Assembly (NCBI RefSeq): GCF_044647545.1
Contig: NZ_CP172818.1
Direction: 5' to 3' (one strand)
Source of the DNA: Escherichia coli
Lineage (GTDB): Bacteria; Pseudomonadota; Gammaproteobacteria; Enterobacterales; Enterobacteriaceae
Length of the DNA stretch: 64,000 nt
The number at the start of each line of letters is the position of its first letter. Positions within the stretch are counted from its first letter, which is position 1. Position numbers and translations under genes: made by a program. The notes under the pieces were generated by a model. It was not told the DNA's origin. It made no database searches and saw nothing but the letters and a program-made list of their open reading frames with translations. Positions 47,795-62,516 of this stretch are shown here, piece after piece.

Positions 47795-49495
47795 TCATTG
47801 CGACGGCGCGGGAAGCCAGGCTTCGGTAAATTCAAACCAGCCGCGCGGTGTCAGTCGCACACCGTTCACGCCGGGAGGGGCGCTAATGCGATAGTGATAG
47901 TTGAACAGCGGCGTCAGCGTCGCATCTGCCATTAACTGGCTAAAAACCGCTTTCAGGGCATTAAATCGGTTTTCCTCATCAGGCATTACTTGCACCGCGT
48001 CCAGTGTCGATTGCAAATGTGCATATGCTGGAGCGTCGAAAACATGTGGCCACAGTGGATCGCAACGCAGCCATTGCTCCAGGGTATATTCCGGTGCTTC
48101 GCCAATTAATCTGTCGCCCATCATGAGGTCTGCGTGTGCCAGTAGGGTCGTGTCGTCCCAGTTTTTTGCGTTATGAAAAATAATTGTAAGTTCACAGCCT
48201 TCCGCTGCCAGTGTCGCCTGTAGACGTTCTGCCATGGTATGAAGTTCTATCGGTAGGTGATAAACCAGCGTCAAGGTTTTCGGTAGTTTGACCTCATCCG
48301 GTACTTGCCATTGCGGAATAGTCCAGCCTGGCAGTAATGCATGACTGGCGGTGATCAGGTTTTCTCCGACTTCTAACGTTTGTAATAAACCGGATTGATG
48401 AATAATGGAGATCACTTTTCGCGCCTGCCAGAGGGACAGTCGGGGACTTTTGCGCAACGTTAAATAGCAAAAACCTAAACTGATGCCACTACTGACCTGG
48501 CTGACCCGTTGCAGCTCCTCCGGTTTGCCGATGGTGATTTGCACGGGATGCCGACAACTGGTTCCCAAATCTTTTTCGAAAAGCGGCGGAGTTATCCAGT
48601 ACTCAACCGCTTTAAGCAGCGGATGACGTAAATGGTAATAATCATGGCTTTCCAGGCGCACCAGCTCCGCTGTGAATTGTGTTAAGCGAAAAGGACCCGT
48701 GCCGATCAGTGGGAATTGCGGATGCGCCAGATGGCTGCAATAGCTCGCCAGCCGGTGCGCAAGCCAGTAATCAGGGCGATGTAAAAAGAAGGTCAGACAC
48801 TGCGGATGGGTGACTTCAATACGCTTCACGCTAATAAATAATTGATCCACTGCTGGCAGTTGTAACAGCATCAATAATCGCTGGTGTAAGTGTGAGGCTT
48901 TTACTGCATCGCCGTTATGCCAGTGTAGGGTTGAACGAAGATAAAAGTCCCAGCGTAACCCGTCAGTAGAGGTTTCCCAGTGATGCGCTAAATCGCCAAT
49001 CGGGCGCTGGGTATTATTATCGAAGCGGGTCAGGCCGGAAAATATCTGCCCGGCCAGATGCTGCTCGGCACGGCCGGGCAAAAAGCCCGGTTGTAGCGGT
49101 TCGAGCGGGCGATAGTAGGGAATACGCAACGTGGGCGTATCGTTTTGCCATTGTCCGCCCATAAACGGCTGTAACAGAGTGCGCAGCTCACCTGGGGCCA
49201 GTTGCGCCAGCTCCAGCACATCTTGCTGCTTTCCGGTTTCCAGCGCCTGTTCCATCATCGCATTGCGTAGCGATTCTGGCGTGACCAGAAAGCGTAATTG
49301 TCCGCGCTTTCCGCGTCCTGACTGCGCCTGCCACTCCAGCCATCCCGCCTCCTGTGCCTGGCGTAACAGCGTACGAACATGGCGTTCGCTGCAAAAACAG
49401 CGTTCGGCCAGTTCGCTGACTGTGACGGTTTGCGGCTTTCCGGCGGAAGGTTGCCACAGACGTTGATACTGGTTAAGACGGTTGAGCAGTCGCAT
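47795..49495 (-). CDS. ybaE: Uncharacterized protein YbaE (MarR-like N-terminus, solute-binding-like C-terminus)
   Basis: ORF 47795..49510; start taken at MRLLNRLNQYQRLWQ (566 aa), alternative start 49510. Confidence 0.85.
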   Translation of the reverse strand: MRLLNRLNQYQRLWQPSAGKPQTVTVSELAERCFCSERHVRTLLRQAQEAGWLEWQAQSGRGKRGQLRFLVTPESLRNAMMEQALETGKQQDVLELAQLAPGELRTLLQPFMGGQWQNDTPTLRIPYYRPLEPLQPGFLPGRAEQHLAGQIFSGLTRFDNNTQRPIGDLAHHWETSTDGLRWDFYLRSTLHWHNGDAVKASHLHQRLLMLLQLPAVDQLFISVKRIEVTHPQCLTFFLHRPDYWLAHRLASYCSHLAHPQFPLIGTGPFRLTQFTAELVRLESHDYYHLRHPLLKAVEYWITPPLFEKDLGTSCRHPVQITIGKPEELQRVSQVSSGISLGFCYLTLRKSPRLSLWQARKVISIIHQSGLLQTLEVGENLITASHALLPGWTIPQWQVPDEVKLPKTLTLVYHLPIELHTMAERLQATLAAEGCELTIIFHNAKNWDDTTLLAHADLMMGDRLIGEAPEYTLEQWLRCDPLWPHVFDAPAYAHLQSTLDAVQVMPDEENRFNALKAVFSQLMADATLTPLFNYHYRISAPPGVNGVRLTPRGWFEFTEAWLPAPSQ

Positions 49496-49594
49496 ATAAA
49501 CCCGGAACAATATTATTTAACTATTCACTATTACTTCCGTATATATCAGGTGATACTCAATCACTATTAACCGTGTCACAGAGTGGAGAAAGAA

Positions 49595-50413
49595 ATGGCT
49601 CGTCTGGCAGCATTTGATATGGATGGCACTTTATTGATGCCTGACCATCATTTAGGTGAGAAAACCCTCTCTACTTTGGCGCGGCTGCGTGAACGCGACA
49701 TTACCCTCACTTTTGCCACGGGGCGTCATGCGCTGGAGATGCAGCATATTCTCGGGGCGCTATCGCTGGATGCATATTTGATTACCGGCAACGGAACGCG
49801 CGTGCATTCTCTGGAAGGTGAACTTTTACATCGTGATGATTTACCTGCGGATGTCGCGGAGCTGGTGCTGTATCAGCAATGGGATACCCGAGCCAGCATG
49901 CATATCTTCAATGACGATGGTTGGTTTACCGGGAAAGAGATCCCTGCGTTGTTGCAGGCATTTGTCTATAGCGGTTTTCGTTATCAGATAATCGATGTCA
50001 AAAAAATGCCACTCGGCAGCGTCACCAAGATCTGCTTCTGTGGCGATCACGACGATCTTACACGCTTGCAGATCCAGCTATACGAAGCATTAGGCGAGCG
50101 TGCACATTTATGTTTTTCCGCCACGGATTGCCTCGAAGTGCTGCCGGTGGGCTGCAATAAAGGCGCTGCATTGACGGTGCTGACCCAACATTTAGGTTTA
50201 TCGTTACGCGATTGCATGGCCTTTGGTGATGCGATGAACGATCGCGAAATGTTAGGCAGTGTCGGTAGCGGATTTATTATGGGCAATGCGATGCCGCAAC
50301 TGCGCGCGGAGCTCCCGCATTTACCGGTGATTGGACATTGCCGAAATCAGGCTGTCTCTCACTATTTGACGCACTGGCTGGACTATCCACATCTACCTTA
50401 TTCCCCCGAATAA
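49595..50413 (+). CDS. cof: HMP-PP phosphatase Cof (HAD superfamily IIB)
   Basis: ORF 49583..50413 trimmed to ATG at 49595 (272 aa, [24 protein letters not shown] motif I). Confidence 0.93.
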
Positions 50414-50565
50414 CGAGATCCCTTCCAGCACCGGGCAATTGCCCGGTTTTTTTTGCGTTGAATTTGTCATTTTGTGCCGTGGTGCTTAAACCGCACAGAA
50501 TAAATTGTCGCGATTTCACCTTTAAAATAGAATTAAAAGAGAAAAAAATTCTCTGTGGAAGGGCT

Positions 50566-51024
50566 ATGTTAGATAAAATTGACCGTAAGCTGCTGGCCTT
50601 GCTACAGCAGGATTGCACCCTCTCTTTGCAGGCACTGGCTGAAGCCGTTAATCTGACAACCACCCCCTGCTGGAAGCGTCTGAAACGGCTGGAGGACGAC
50701 GGTATCCTTATCGGCAAAGTCGCCCTGCTGGATCCGGAAAAAATAGGCCTCGGCCTGACCGCCTTTGTGCTGATAAAAACGCAACATCACAGCAGCGAAT
50801 GGTATTGCCGCTTTGTCACGGTGGTTACCGAAATGCCAGAAGTGCTGGGGTTCTGGCGCATGGCCGGTGAATACGATTATCTGATGCGCGTCCAGGTTGC
50901 CGACATGAAACGCTACGACGAGTTTTATAAGCGTCTGGTAAACAGCGTGCCGGGGCTGTCGGACGTCACTTCCAGCTTCGCGATGGAACAGATTAAATAC
51001 ACCACTTCTTTACCCATCGAATAA
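50566..51024 (+). CDS. decR: Lrp/AsnC-family transcriptional regulator YbaO (DecR)
   Basis: ORF 50338..51024 starts on TTG far upstream; trimmed to [48 protein letters not shown] (152 aa). Confidence 0.9.
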
Positions 51025-51053
51025 ATATCCAGAATCAGGTCAGGACACAACGC

Positions 51054-54600
<3,547 letters not shown>

Positions 54601-54712
54601 ATAGCGCAATATTTCATCGTTGGTGCAAAAATGTAACGCACTGTGCACTGTCATAGTGCGTTTTCATTTTCAATCTTCTTAACTTCCTGCTCTCTTTCTC
54701 GTTTTTCATTTC

Positions 54713-54728
54713 TGGCACACCGCTTGCA
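54713..54728 (+). promoter_or_regulatory. Sigma-54 (RpoN) promoter of glnK-amtB
   Basis: TGGCAC-N5-TTGCA with GG (-24) and GC (-12) at canonical spacing; glnK-amtB is a known NtrC/sigma-54 operon. Confidence 0.75.
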
Positions 54729-54780
54729 ATACCTTCTTCGTGTAGCAGAACCATTACCGAATTCTGACCGGAGGGGATCT

Positions 54781-55119
54781 ATGAAGCTGGTGACCGTGAT
54801 AATCAAACCATTCAAGCTGGAAGACGTTCGTGAAGCGTTATCTTCCATTGGTATTCAGGGCCTGACCGTCACCGAAGTGAAAGGTTTCGGGCGTCAGAAA
54901 GGACATGCCGAGCTGTACCGGGGGGCGGAATACAGCGTCAATTTCCTGCCAAAAGTAAAAATTGATGTGGCGATTGCTGATGACCAACTCGATGAAGTGA
55001 TCGATATCGTCAGTAAGGCGGCTTACACCGGAAAAATTGGCGACGGCAAAATCTTCGTCGCTGAATTGCAACGCGTCATTCGTATTCGTACCGGCGAAGC
55101 CGACGAAGCGGCGCTGTAA
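54781..55119 (+). CDS. glnK: Nitrogen regulatory protein P-II 2
   Basis: ORF 54643..55119 trimmed to ATG at 54781 (112 aa, MKLVTVIIKPFKLEDVREALSSIGIQGLTVTEVKGFGRQKGH, uridylylation loop RGAEY). Confidence 0.96.
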   Translation: MKLVTVIIKPFKLEDVREALSSIGIQGLTVTEVKGFGRQKGHAELYRGAEYSVNFLPKVKIDVAIADDQLDEVIDIVSKAAYTGKIGDGKIFVAELQRVIRIRTGEADEAAL

Positions 55120-55148
55120 TCTCTGGCACACAGCAACAGGAACGAAAA

Positions 55149-56435
55149 ATGAAGATAGCGACGATAAAAACTGGGCTTGCTTCACTGGCGATGCTGCCGG
55201 GACTGGTAATGGCTGCACCTGCGGTGGCCGATAAAGCCGACAATGCGTTTATGATGATTTGTACTGCGCTGGTGCTGTTTATGACTATTCCGGGGATTGC
55301 CCTGTTTTACGGTGGGTTGATTCGCGGCAAAAACGTGCTGTCGATGCTGACGCAGGTGACGGTGACGTTTGCACTGGTCTGTATTCTCTGGGTGGTTTAC
55401 GGTTACTCGCTGGCGTTTGGTGAGGGAAACAACTTCTTCGGCAACATTAACTGGTTGATGCTGAAAAATATCGAACTGACGGCGGTGATGGGCAGCATTT
55501 ATCAGTATATCCACGTAGCGTTTCAGGGATCGTTTGCCTGCATTACCGTAGGCTTGATAGTTGGAGCACTGGCGGAACGAATCCGTTTCTCAGCTGTGTT
55601 GATTTTCGTGGTGGTATGGCTGACGCTCTCCTACATTCCGATTGCGCATATGGTCTGGGGCGGCGGTTTGCTGGCTTCTCACGGTGCACTGGATTTTGCG
55701 GGTGGCACTGTGGTGCACATTAACGCCGCAATCGCCGGTCTGGTGGGCGCGTATCTGATAGGCAAACGCGTGGGCTTCGGCAAAGAGGCGTTTAAACCGC
55801 ACAACCTGCCGATGGTCTTCACCGGGACTGCCATTCTCTATATCGGTTGGTTTGGCTTTAACGCCGGGTCAGCGGGCACGGCGAATGAAATCGCAGCACT
55901 GGCATTTGTGAATACTGTGGTCGCAACGGCGGCGGCAATTCTTGGCTGGATCTTCGGTGAATGGGCGCTGCGTGGTAAGCCTTCACTGCTGGGAGCGTGT
56001 TCAGGCGCGATTGCCGGTCTGGTCGGCGTGACGCCAGCGTGTGGCTACATTGGTGTTGGCGGCGCGTTGATTATCGGCGTGGTAGCTGGTCTGGCGGGCT
56101 TGTGGGGCGTTACCATGCTCAAACGCTTGCTGCGGGTGGATGATCCCTGCGATGTCTTCGGTGTGCACGGCGTTTGTGGCATTGTCGGCTGTATCATGAC
56201 CGGGATTTTTGCCGCCAGTTCGCTGGGTGGCGTGGGCTTCGCTGAAGGTGTGACGATGGGCCATCAGTTGCTGGTACAGCTGGAAAGCATCGCCATTACG
56301 ATCGTCTGGTCCGGTGTGGTGGCATTTATTGGCTACAAACTGGCGGATCTGACGGTTGGCCTGCGTGTGCCGGAAGAACAAGAGCGAGAAGGGCTGGACG
56401 TCAACAGCCACGGCGAGAATGCCTATAACGCGTAA
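55149..56435 (+). CDS. amtB: Ammonium transporter AmtB
   Basis: 428 aa, signal peptide MKIATIKTGLASLAMLPGLVMA, Amt/Mep family TM core. Confidence 0.96.
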   Translation: MKIATIKTGLASLAMLPGLVMAAPAVADKADNAFMMICTALVLFMTIPGIALFYGGLIRGKNVLSMLTQVTVTFALVCILWVVYGYSLAFGEGNNFFGNINWLMLKNIELTAVMGSIYQYIHVAFQGSFACITVGLIVGALAERIRFSAVLIFVVVWLTLSYIPIAHMVWGGGLLASHGALDFAGGTVVHINAAIAGLVGAYLIGKRVGFGKEAFKPHNLPMVFTGTAILYIGWFGFNAGSAGTANEIAALAFVNTVVATAAAILGWIFGEWALRGKPSLLGACSGAIAGLVGVTPACGYIGVGGALIIGVVAGLAGLWGVTMLKRLLRVDDPCDVFGVHGVCGIVGCIMTGIFAASSLGGVGFAEGVTMGHQLLVQLESIAITIVWSGVVAFIGYKLADLTVGLRVPEEQEREGLDVNSHGENAYNA

Positions 56436-56452
56436 CAAGCACTGCAAAAAAC

Positions 56453-56485
56453 AGCCGGACGGTTTTCACCTCCGGCTATTTTTTT
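56453..56485. terminator. Bidirectional terminator between convergent amtB and tesB
   Basis: agccgga...tccggct hairpin followed by T7; overlaps the tesB stop codon. Confidence 0.75.
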
Positions 56486-57344
56486 AATTGTGATTACGCA
56501 TTACCCCTTCCTGAACGGTCGAGGCAACCAGCACGCCGTCCTGAGTATAAAACTCACCGCGCACAAAGCCGCGTGCGCTGGACGCCGAGGTGCTTTCCAC
56601 GCTATACAGCAGCCATTCATTCAAATTAAACGGGCGATGGAACCACATGGAATGGTCAATGGTGGCAATCTGAATCCCTGGTTCGAGAAAACCGATGCCG
56701 TGCGGCTGTAGAGCTACCGGCAGGAAGTTAAGATCAGAAGCGTAACCGAGCAGATACTGATGAACGCGCAGATCATCCGGCACGCTACCATTTGCGCGGA
56801 TCCACACCTGACGATGCGGTTCTGCGACGTGCCCTTTCAGTGGGTTATGAAACTCCACCGGACGGACTTCAAGCGGACGATCGCAGATGAATTTATCTTT
56901 CAGCACTGGCGGCAGCAGGTGCGCCAGCGATTGGGCGATTTGCGTTTCCGAAGGCAGGCCATCAGGCGCTGGCGCGGACGGCATTGTTTTTTGATGTTCG
57001 AAACCCGCTTCTGGTGCCTGGAAAGAGGCAGTCATATAAAAAATCGGTTTGCCGTTTTGAATAGCAGCAACCCGGCGGGCGCTGAAGCTGTTACCGTCAC
57101 GCAGCGTTTCGACATCATAAATAATCGGTTTCTTACTATCGCCTGGGCGAAGAAAGTAGCTGTGAAACGAATGTACCAGCCGCTCTTCAGGGACGGTCTC
57201 TTTTGCAGCATACAAGGCCTGACCCACGACCTGGCCGCCAAACACCTGGCGTAAACCTAAATCTTCACTCTGGCCGCGAAAGAGTCCTTCCTCAATTTTT
57301 TCCAGATTTAACAATGTCAGTAAATTTTTTAGCGCCTGACTCAT
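56484..57344 (-). CDS. tesB: Acyl-CoA thioesterase II
   Basis: ORF 56484..57428 trimmed to [30 protein letters not shown] (286 aa). Confidence 0.94.
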
Positions 57345-57561
57345 ATAACTCTCCAGTAACAAAGCTGCCGCAGCAAGCCAAAGTGAGTTGAGTATAACGC
57401 AAATTTGCCACTGGTCCGATGGGTGCAATGGTCTGAATTACGGGCTAATTACAGGCAGAAATGCGTGATGTGTGCCACACTTGTTGACGTTACTATTTTG
57501 TTAACCACTCTTCCGGCGAGGAAAGTTAGCCCGCTGGTGCATTGATAATAAGGAGAAGTGA

Positions 57562-58134
57562 ATGAAACTCGTGCACATGGCCAGTGGTTTAGCGGTTGCG
57601 ATTGCGTTGGCGGCTTGCGCAGATAAAAGCGCGGATATTCAGACGCCAGCACCGGCTGCAAATACGTCTATTTCAGCAACACAACAACCTGCTATCCAGC
57701 AACCGAATGTCTCCGGTACCGTCTGGATCCGTCAGAAAGTCGCACTGCCGCCTGATGCTGTGCTGACCGTGACACTTTCTGACGCGTCTTTAGCCGATGC
57801 GCCGTCGAAAGTGCTGGCGCAGAAAGCGGTGCGTACCGAAGGTAAACAGTCACCATTCAGCTTTGTTCTGCCATTTAACCCGGCAGATGTTCAGCCGAAT
57901 GCGCGTATTCTGTTGAGTGCGGCGATTACCGTGAATGACAAACTGGTATTTATTACCGATACCGTTCAGCCGGTGATCAACCAGGGCGGAACTAAAGCCG
58001 ACCTGACATTGGTGCCGGTGCAGCAAACCGCCGTGCCGGTTCAGGCCAGCGGTGGCGCAACGACTACCGTACCTTCGACTTCACCAACTCAGGTGAATCC
58101 GTCTTCGGCAGTTCCAGCTCCTACGCAATATTAA
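57562..58134 (+). CDS. ybaY: Lipoprotein YbaY
   Basis: 190 aa, lipobox MKLVHMASGLAVAIALAAC. Confidence 0.9.
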   Translation: MKLVHMASGLAVAIALAACADKSADIQTPAPAANTSISATQQPAIQQPNVSGTVWIRQKVALPPDAVLTVTLSDASLADAPSKVLAQKAVRTEGKQSPFSFVLPFNPADVQPNARILLSAAITVNDKLVFITDTVQPVINQGGTKADLTLVPVQQTAVPVQASGGATTTVPSTSPTQVNPSSAVPAPTQY

Positions 58135-58142
58135 GCGCAGTT

Positions 58143-58166
58143 AACCCTCTCCGCCCGGAGAGGGTT
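58143..58166. terminator. Bidirectional hairpin terminator between convergent ybaY and atl
   Basis: Near-perfect 11-bp stem aaccctctccg/cc/cggagagggtt; overlaps the atl stop codon. Confidence 0.7.
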
Positions 58167-58554
58167 AGTAGTTCCAGCGATAACGCTGCAAGTCGATTTG
58201 CCCGCTTCCCGATACCATCACACCTTCTGCCAGTAATGCCTGTCGTTGACGCTGTAAATCCGGTCCGGTTAGCGAAATTGTGCCGTGGCGATTAACCACC
58301 CGGTGCCAGGGCAAGGTGCTGCCTTCAGGGAGACGCTTTAACACACCGCCCACCTGGCGCGCGGCGCGGGGCGATCCTGCCAGTTTCGCCACATCACCGT
58401 AAGTGGTGACATAGCCTTCGGGAATAGCGGCGACGATTTGCCAGACGCGTTGGGGAAATGAATCTTCTTTTTCCATCTTTTCTTCCTGAGGTAATTTTTC
58501 AGCATAATCTGGAAAAACGCCCGAGTGAAGCCGCATTGCGCAAGAAACCAGCAT
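58165..58554 (-). CDS. atl: Alkyltransferase-like DNA-binding protein Atl (YbaZ)
   Basis: ORF 58165..58575 trimmed to MLVSCAMRLHSG (129 aa); methyltransferase-like fold lacking the active-site Cys (PWHRVV). Confidence 0.88.
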   Translation of the reverse strand: MLVSCAMRLHSGVFPDYAEKLPQEEKMEKEDSFPQRVWQIVAAIPEGYVTTYGDVAKLAGSPRAARQVGGVLKRLPEGSTLPWHRVVNRHGTISLTGPDLQRQRQALLAEGVMVSGSGQIDLQRYRWNY

Positions 58555-58630
58555 CTGGCACGCAATGGGTTGCAATTAGCCGGGGCAGCAGTGATAATGC
58601 GCCTGCGCGTTGGTTCTCAACGCTCTCAAT

Positions 58631-58744
58631 GGGGGCTCTGTTGGTTCTCCCGCAACGCTACTCTGTTTACCAGGTCAGGTCCGGAAGGAAGCAGCCAAGG
58701 CAGATGACGCGTGTGCCGGGATGTAGCTGGCAGGGCCCCCACCC
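58631..58744 (+). ncRNA. ffs: 4.5S RNA (signal recognition particle RNA)
   Basis: 114 nt gggggctctgttggttctcccgcaacgc...cagggcccccaccc recognised as E. coli 4.5S RNA; -35 TTGCAA (58571-76) and -10 GATAAT (58593-98) upstream, consistent with a processed 5' leader. Confidence 0.93.
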
Positions 58745-58854
58745 ATTTCTGCCTCCCCCCGTTTCGTCAAAAAATCCCAATATGGCTAAACTTTAACCAC
58801 AACTGACGTCGCAAGAATTGTCTGGCTGCGCAGTACGCTTCGGAGGTATGTCTG

Positions 58855-59208
58855 ATGAAGTATGTTGATGGTTTTGTGGTTGCCGTTCCTGCCGATAAAA
58901 AGGATGCCTATCGGGAAATGGCTGCTAAGGCTGCGCCATTGTTTAAAGAGTTTGGCGCGCTTCGTATTGTCGAATGCTGGGCCAGCGATGTACCGGATGG
59001 TAAAGTGACCGATTTTCGTATGGCGGTGAAAGCGGAAGAGAATGAAGAGGTTGTCTTTAGCTGGATTGAATACCCTTCAAAAGAGGTCCGCGACGCTGCT
59101 AATCAAAAGATGATGTCGGACCCACGGATGAAAGAGTTCGGCGAGTCCATGCCGTTTGATGGCAAGCGAATGATCTATGGCGGATTCGAGTCAATCATCG
59201 ACGAATAG
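58855..59208 (+). CDS. ybaA: DUF1428 family protein YbaA
   Basis: 117 aa, MKYVDGFVVAVPADKKDAYREMAAKAAPLFKEFGALRIVECWA. Confidence 0.9.
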   Translation: MKYVDGFVVAVPADKKDAYREMAAKAAPLFKEFGALRIVECWASDVPDGKVTDFRMAVKAEENEEVVFSWIEYPSKEVRDAANQKMMSDPRMKEFGESMPFDGKRMIYGGFESIIDE

Positions 59209-59249
59209 GTAGCGTGACGGGCTGTGCGGCGTGCCGTCAGCCCAAAAAT

Positions 59250-60806
59250 TCACAAATGTTGCTCGGCCCAGCGTAAGAAATCCTCTTTCGGTAATGCCTT
59301 GCTGTAGAGCCAGCCCTGGCCGTAGTGCACGCCATGCTGGCGTAGCCACTCTTCTTGTTTACTGGTTTCGATTCCCTCCGCTACCATTTTCAGTTTCAGT
59401 GTTTTTGCCATTTCGATGATATGTGGCGTGACATTTTTATATTCCAGCGCATCAACGAAAGATTTATCGATCTTCAGAATGTCGACATCCAGATCCTGTA
59501 AATAGCTTAAACTTGAATACCCCGTACCAAAATCATCGAGATAAATTTCATGGCCCGCCTCCCGGTAGCGAGAAATTATCGGGGCGCTGGTTTTCGGATC
59601 GGCAAACTCGCGTTCAGTGAGTTCAAGCGCGATCTGTCTGGGATTAACCTGATAGTGATTGATCATTTCACGCAGCAATTGCGGGATTTTTTCCGAGGTG
59701 AGCACGGTGGATTCAAGATTGATCGAAATATGCTGCTGCGGATGCTGACGCAGCCAGTCGCCCATATCTTCAAAGACACTTTTTATAATCAGTAGCGTCA
59801 ACGGCTCAGAAAGCCCCGTTTGCTGTGCCAGCGGAATAAAACTATCTGGTGACAACCAACTACCGTCTGTCTGCGGCCAGCGCGCCAGTGCCTCAGCACC
59901 GACAATTTTGCCATTGGCTAAGGAGACAATCGGCTGATAGTGCACGCAAATATCACGATTTTCGATAGCATCCTGCAGCCGATGATGCGGTGACTGGATA
60001 CGGCGCAAAATACGCAGCACAAACATCGCTGCCAGCAGGCCAATCACCAACCCGAGCGGTAACCAAATAAAGACTTGCCGATGCCAGCCTTTCTGCAACA
60101 TTTTCGTTGAAGCCCAGGTGATGATCGAAATATTCATCTCCGGTAAGGGCAGGATATCGTAAATGATTCCATTATTTTCGATATGCTCACCGGGTGTTTT
60201 TTGTAGTCTGGTAATAATTCCCTGAGCAATTTCATCGCTGCTGGTTATCACAACGTTATGGGCATTGCCAATAATGGCGGCATCAATTTGCCATGAGCTA
60301 TAGGGAATGACATCAATAAAGGAAGCGGGGTCGATCATGACGACATAATGTGCCGTTCCCATGGCGACCATGTAACGGATAATGCCTAAATCGTTATGCG
60401 ATGTTAACCAGACACGATAACCATCTTTCGAAATTTTACCTGGCTCGGGGAAGGCATCGGGTGGGCTTTCATGCTCCAGAGACGAACACAGGGGAACGTT
60501 GTTATCGATATAAACCACTTCCTGAATATAGCGATAACTGTAAGATACCCGACGCATTTCCATGAGATGGGCTGCGCTACAGGCAGCGCCTTGCCATCTT
60601 TCCAGCTCTTGCAGCGCATCTTTCCCTTGTGTCGCCACCTTATTGGCCCGAATAGCGACGCGGGAGGAATACGTATTCAGCTCTTCAATAAATGATGTTT
60701 CTACCTGCTGATGGGCCAGCCAGATGCTTAAGCCGACAGGCAGCAATACTGAAAGAATCAGTACTCCCGAAATAAGGCCGACCAGATGTCGTGTTCTCAC
60801 CAGCAT
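59250..60806 (-). CDS. pdeB: c-di-GMP phosphodiesterase PdeB (YlaB), CSS-motif sensor plus EAL domain
   Basis: ORF MLVRTRHLVGLISGVLILSVLL...; C-terminal EAL domain; native start may be the GTG at 60800 (516 aa). Confidence 0.9.
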   Translation of the reverse strand: MLVRTRHLVGLISGVLILSVLLPVGLSIWLAHQQVETSFIEELNTYSSRVAIRANKVATQGKDALQELERWQGAACSAAHLMEMRRVSYSYRYIQEVVYIDNNVPLCSSLEHESPPDAFPEPGKISKDGYRVWLTSHNDLGIIRYMVAMGTAHYVVMIDPASFIDVIPYSSWQIDAAIIGNAHNVVITSSDEIAQGIITRLQKTPGEHIENNGIIYDILPLPEMNISIITWASTKMLQKGWHRQVFIWLPLGLVIGLLAAMFVLRILRRIQSPHHRLQDAIENRDICVHYQPIVSLANGKIVGAEALARWPQTDGSWLSPDSFIPLAQQTGLSEPLTLLIIKSVFEDMGDWLRQHPQQHISINLESTVLTSEKIPQLLREMINHYQVNPRQIALELTEREFADPKTSAPIISRYREAGHEIYLDDFGTGYSSLSYLQDLDVDILKIDKSFVDALEYKNVTPHIIEMAKTLKLKMVAEGIETSKQEEWLRQHGVHYGQGWLYSKALPKEDFLRWAEQHL

Positions 60807-60963
60807 ATCCTTATTAACACAGTGTAGGGAAAGTATATCTGATTGTGGAAAAAGGCTGGCAGGAGATAAGGAGGTAGAGCCGGGATTTCATGAAGTGATG
60901 GGTGGAAACGAACGTTGTCATTTGACCAGGCGCAGAGCTTTACGCCTGGTATGTAACCCTAAC

Positions 60964-61434
60964 TTAAGATGTTGATTCGGCGCGAGCGAGGGTAAAAATA
61001 TCGTAAAAAGACAGTTCACCTTTACGGACGAGCATTTTTTGCAGTTGTTCTTTATGAACATCCGCGACACGCGGAGAGTTCAAGATGGCTTCAACCAGCG
61101 CGGCAGGTACAAAGCGCGTGTTGTACCATTCGCCGTTATAGCAAACGCGGAAATCCAGCACGTCGATATCTTCATAGCGGTAGCGTGGGTAGACATCGAA
61201 AAAGAAGAAACCATTCAGCAGGATAAATAATACAACCAGTAGCCAGACAGAGCCTGAAAGCGTTTCGGACTGCAACATCACCGCCAGGGTGGCAAAAAAA
61301 GCAACGTACATACCGATAAACAGCCCCGGATGTTTACGGATAAAACTGATACTAAAGCGGGGTTTGTTGTCGCGTTTTTCGCGGGTATTCAGAGACTCAA
61401 TCGTTTCGGTCAGCAGGCGTTGTATTTCGGTCAT
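60964..61434 (-). CDS. ylaC: Inner membrane protein YlaC
   Basis: ORF 60964..61473 trimmed to [27 protein letters not shown] (156 aa), two TM helices. Confidence 0.88.
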   Translation of the reverse strand: MTEIQRLLTETIESLNTREKRDNKPRFSISFIRKHPGLFIGMYVAFFATLAVMLQSETLSGSVWLLVVLFILLNGFFFFDVYPRYRYEDIDVLDFRVCYNGEWYNTRFVPAALVEAILNSPRVADVHKEQLQKMLVRKGELSFYDIFTLARAESTS

Positions 61435-61549
61435 CGTTTGCCTTCGTGGTATCTGCAACTTTCCAGGGAACACCCTATTTTAACGTGGGAATAGTAGAGG
61501 GAAAGTAACAGATTTGCCACGATTTTGCATAACAGTTGCGAAAAACTGG

Positions 61550-62101
61550 TTACAATTTTTTAATTATTCTGGCTGGATTACCGCCCACGACAACGTTGTC
61601 CGGGACATCTTTTGTGACAACTGCACCTGAGGCTACCACGACGTTATCACCAATGGTCACACCAGGGTTAATGATCGCGCGTCCGCCAATCCAGACGTTA
61701 TTACCGATGGTGACGGGTTTCCCCAGTTCAGCACCGCTATTACGTGCTACAGGGTCGATGGGATGTGTTGCCGTGTAGATATGAACGCCTGGTGCCAACA
61801 TACAGTTATCACCGATGCGAATAGGGCAGACATCAAGCATCACGCAATCGAAGTTGGCGAAAAAATTATTGCCGAGAAAAATGTTATAGCCATAATCACA
61901 GCGAAACGTTGGCTCAATATAAGCCTCTGTCACCTGACCGAATAATTCAGCGAGAATTTGCTGGCGTAATGTGTGCTCTTCCGCCAGGGAATGATTGTAT
62001 CGGTGAATAAGCTGACGAGCGCGCAGGCGATCGCGAGATAACGTCTCATCTGCCGAGCGATACAACTCACCAGCAATCATCTTTTCTTTTTCTGTGCTCA
62101 T
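61550..62101 (-). CDS. maa: Maltose O-acetyltransferase
   Basis: 183 aa left-handed beta-helix hexapeptide-repeat acetyltransferase, [21 protein letters not shown]. Confidence 0.94.
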   Translation of the reverse strand: MSTEKEKMIAGELYRSADETLSRDRLRARQLIHRYNHSLAEEHTLRQQILAELFGQVTEAYIEPTFRCDYGYNIFLGNNFFANFDCVMLDVCPIRIGDNCMLAPGVHIYTATHPIDPVARNSGAELGKPVTIGNNVWIGGRAIINPGVTIGDNVVVASGAVVTKDVPDNVVVGGNPARIIKKL

Positions 62102-62272
62102 TACTGACCTCCGGTTGCTGAAAATGCGGCAACACAGTAAGACGAAAAGTCAGTGAAGAGAACGTTCCCATTACGTCTGTGTGATGAAGATCACATAGGG
62201 TATGCCTTCATGGCGATAAAGTATAAAATTCTTAATAAACAGCTGGTTATAGCTCCGAAAGCCAATTATTTA

Positions 62273-62491
62273 TTAGCGAATAAATTTCCATACTGAGGAA
62301 GGGATCTTGTCGTACAGTTTATTCATAGTCAATTCGGCGAGGCGGTGATCTGCGGCTGAGTAAAATACCGCCAGTTCATTATCTGATAATTCGTATTTAT
62401 TTTTCTCGATAACACGCTCCAGCGTGTCAATTGTCTGGCAACGACGTAAACGCATTAAATAATCGGTTTTCGTTAAAGGTTTTTCGGACAT
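62273..62491 (-). CDS. hha: Haemolysin expression-modulating protein Hha
   Basis: Track ORF is 154 aa; native 72-aa protein [72 protein letters not shown] starts at 62491. Confidence 0.93.
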
Positions 62492-62516
62492 ACTTCTACC
62501 CATGGTTGTAATAATT

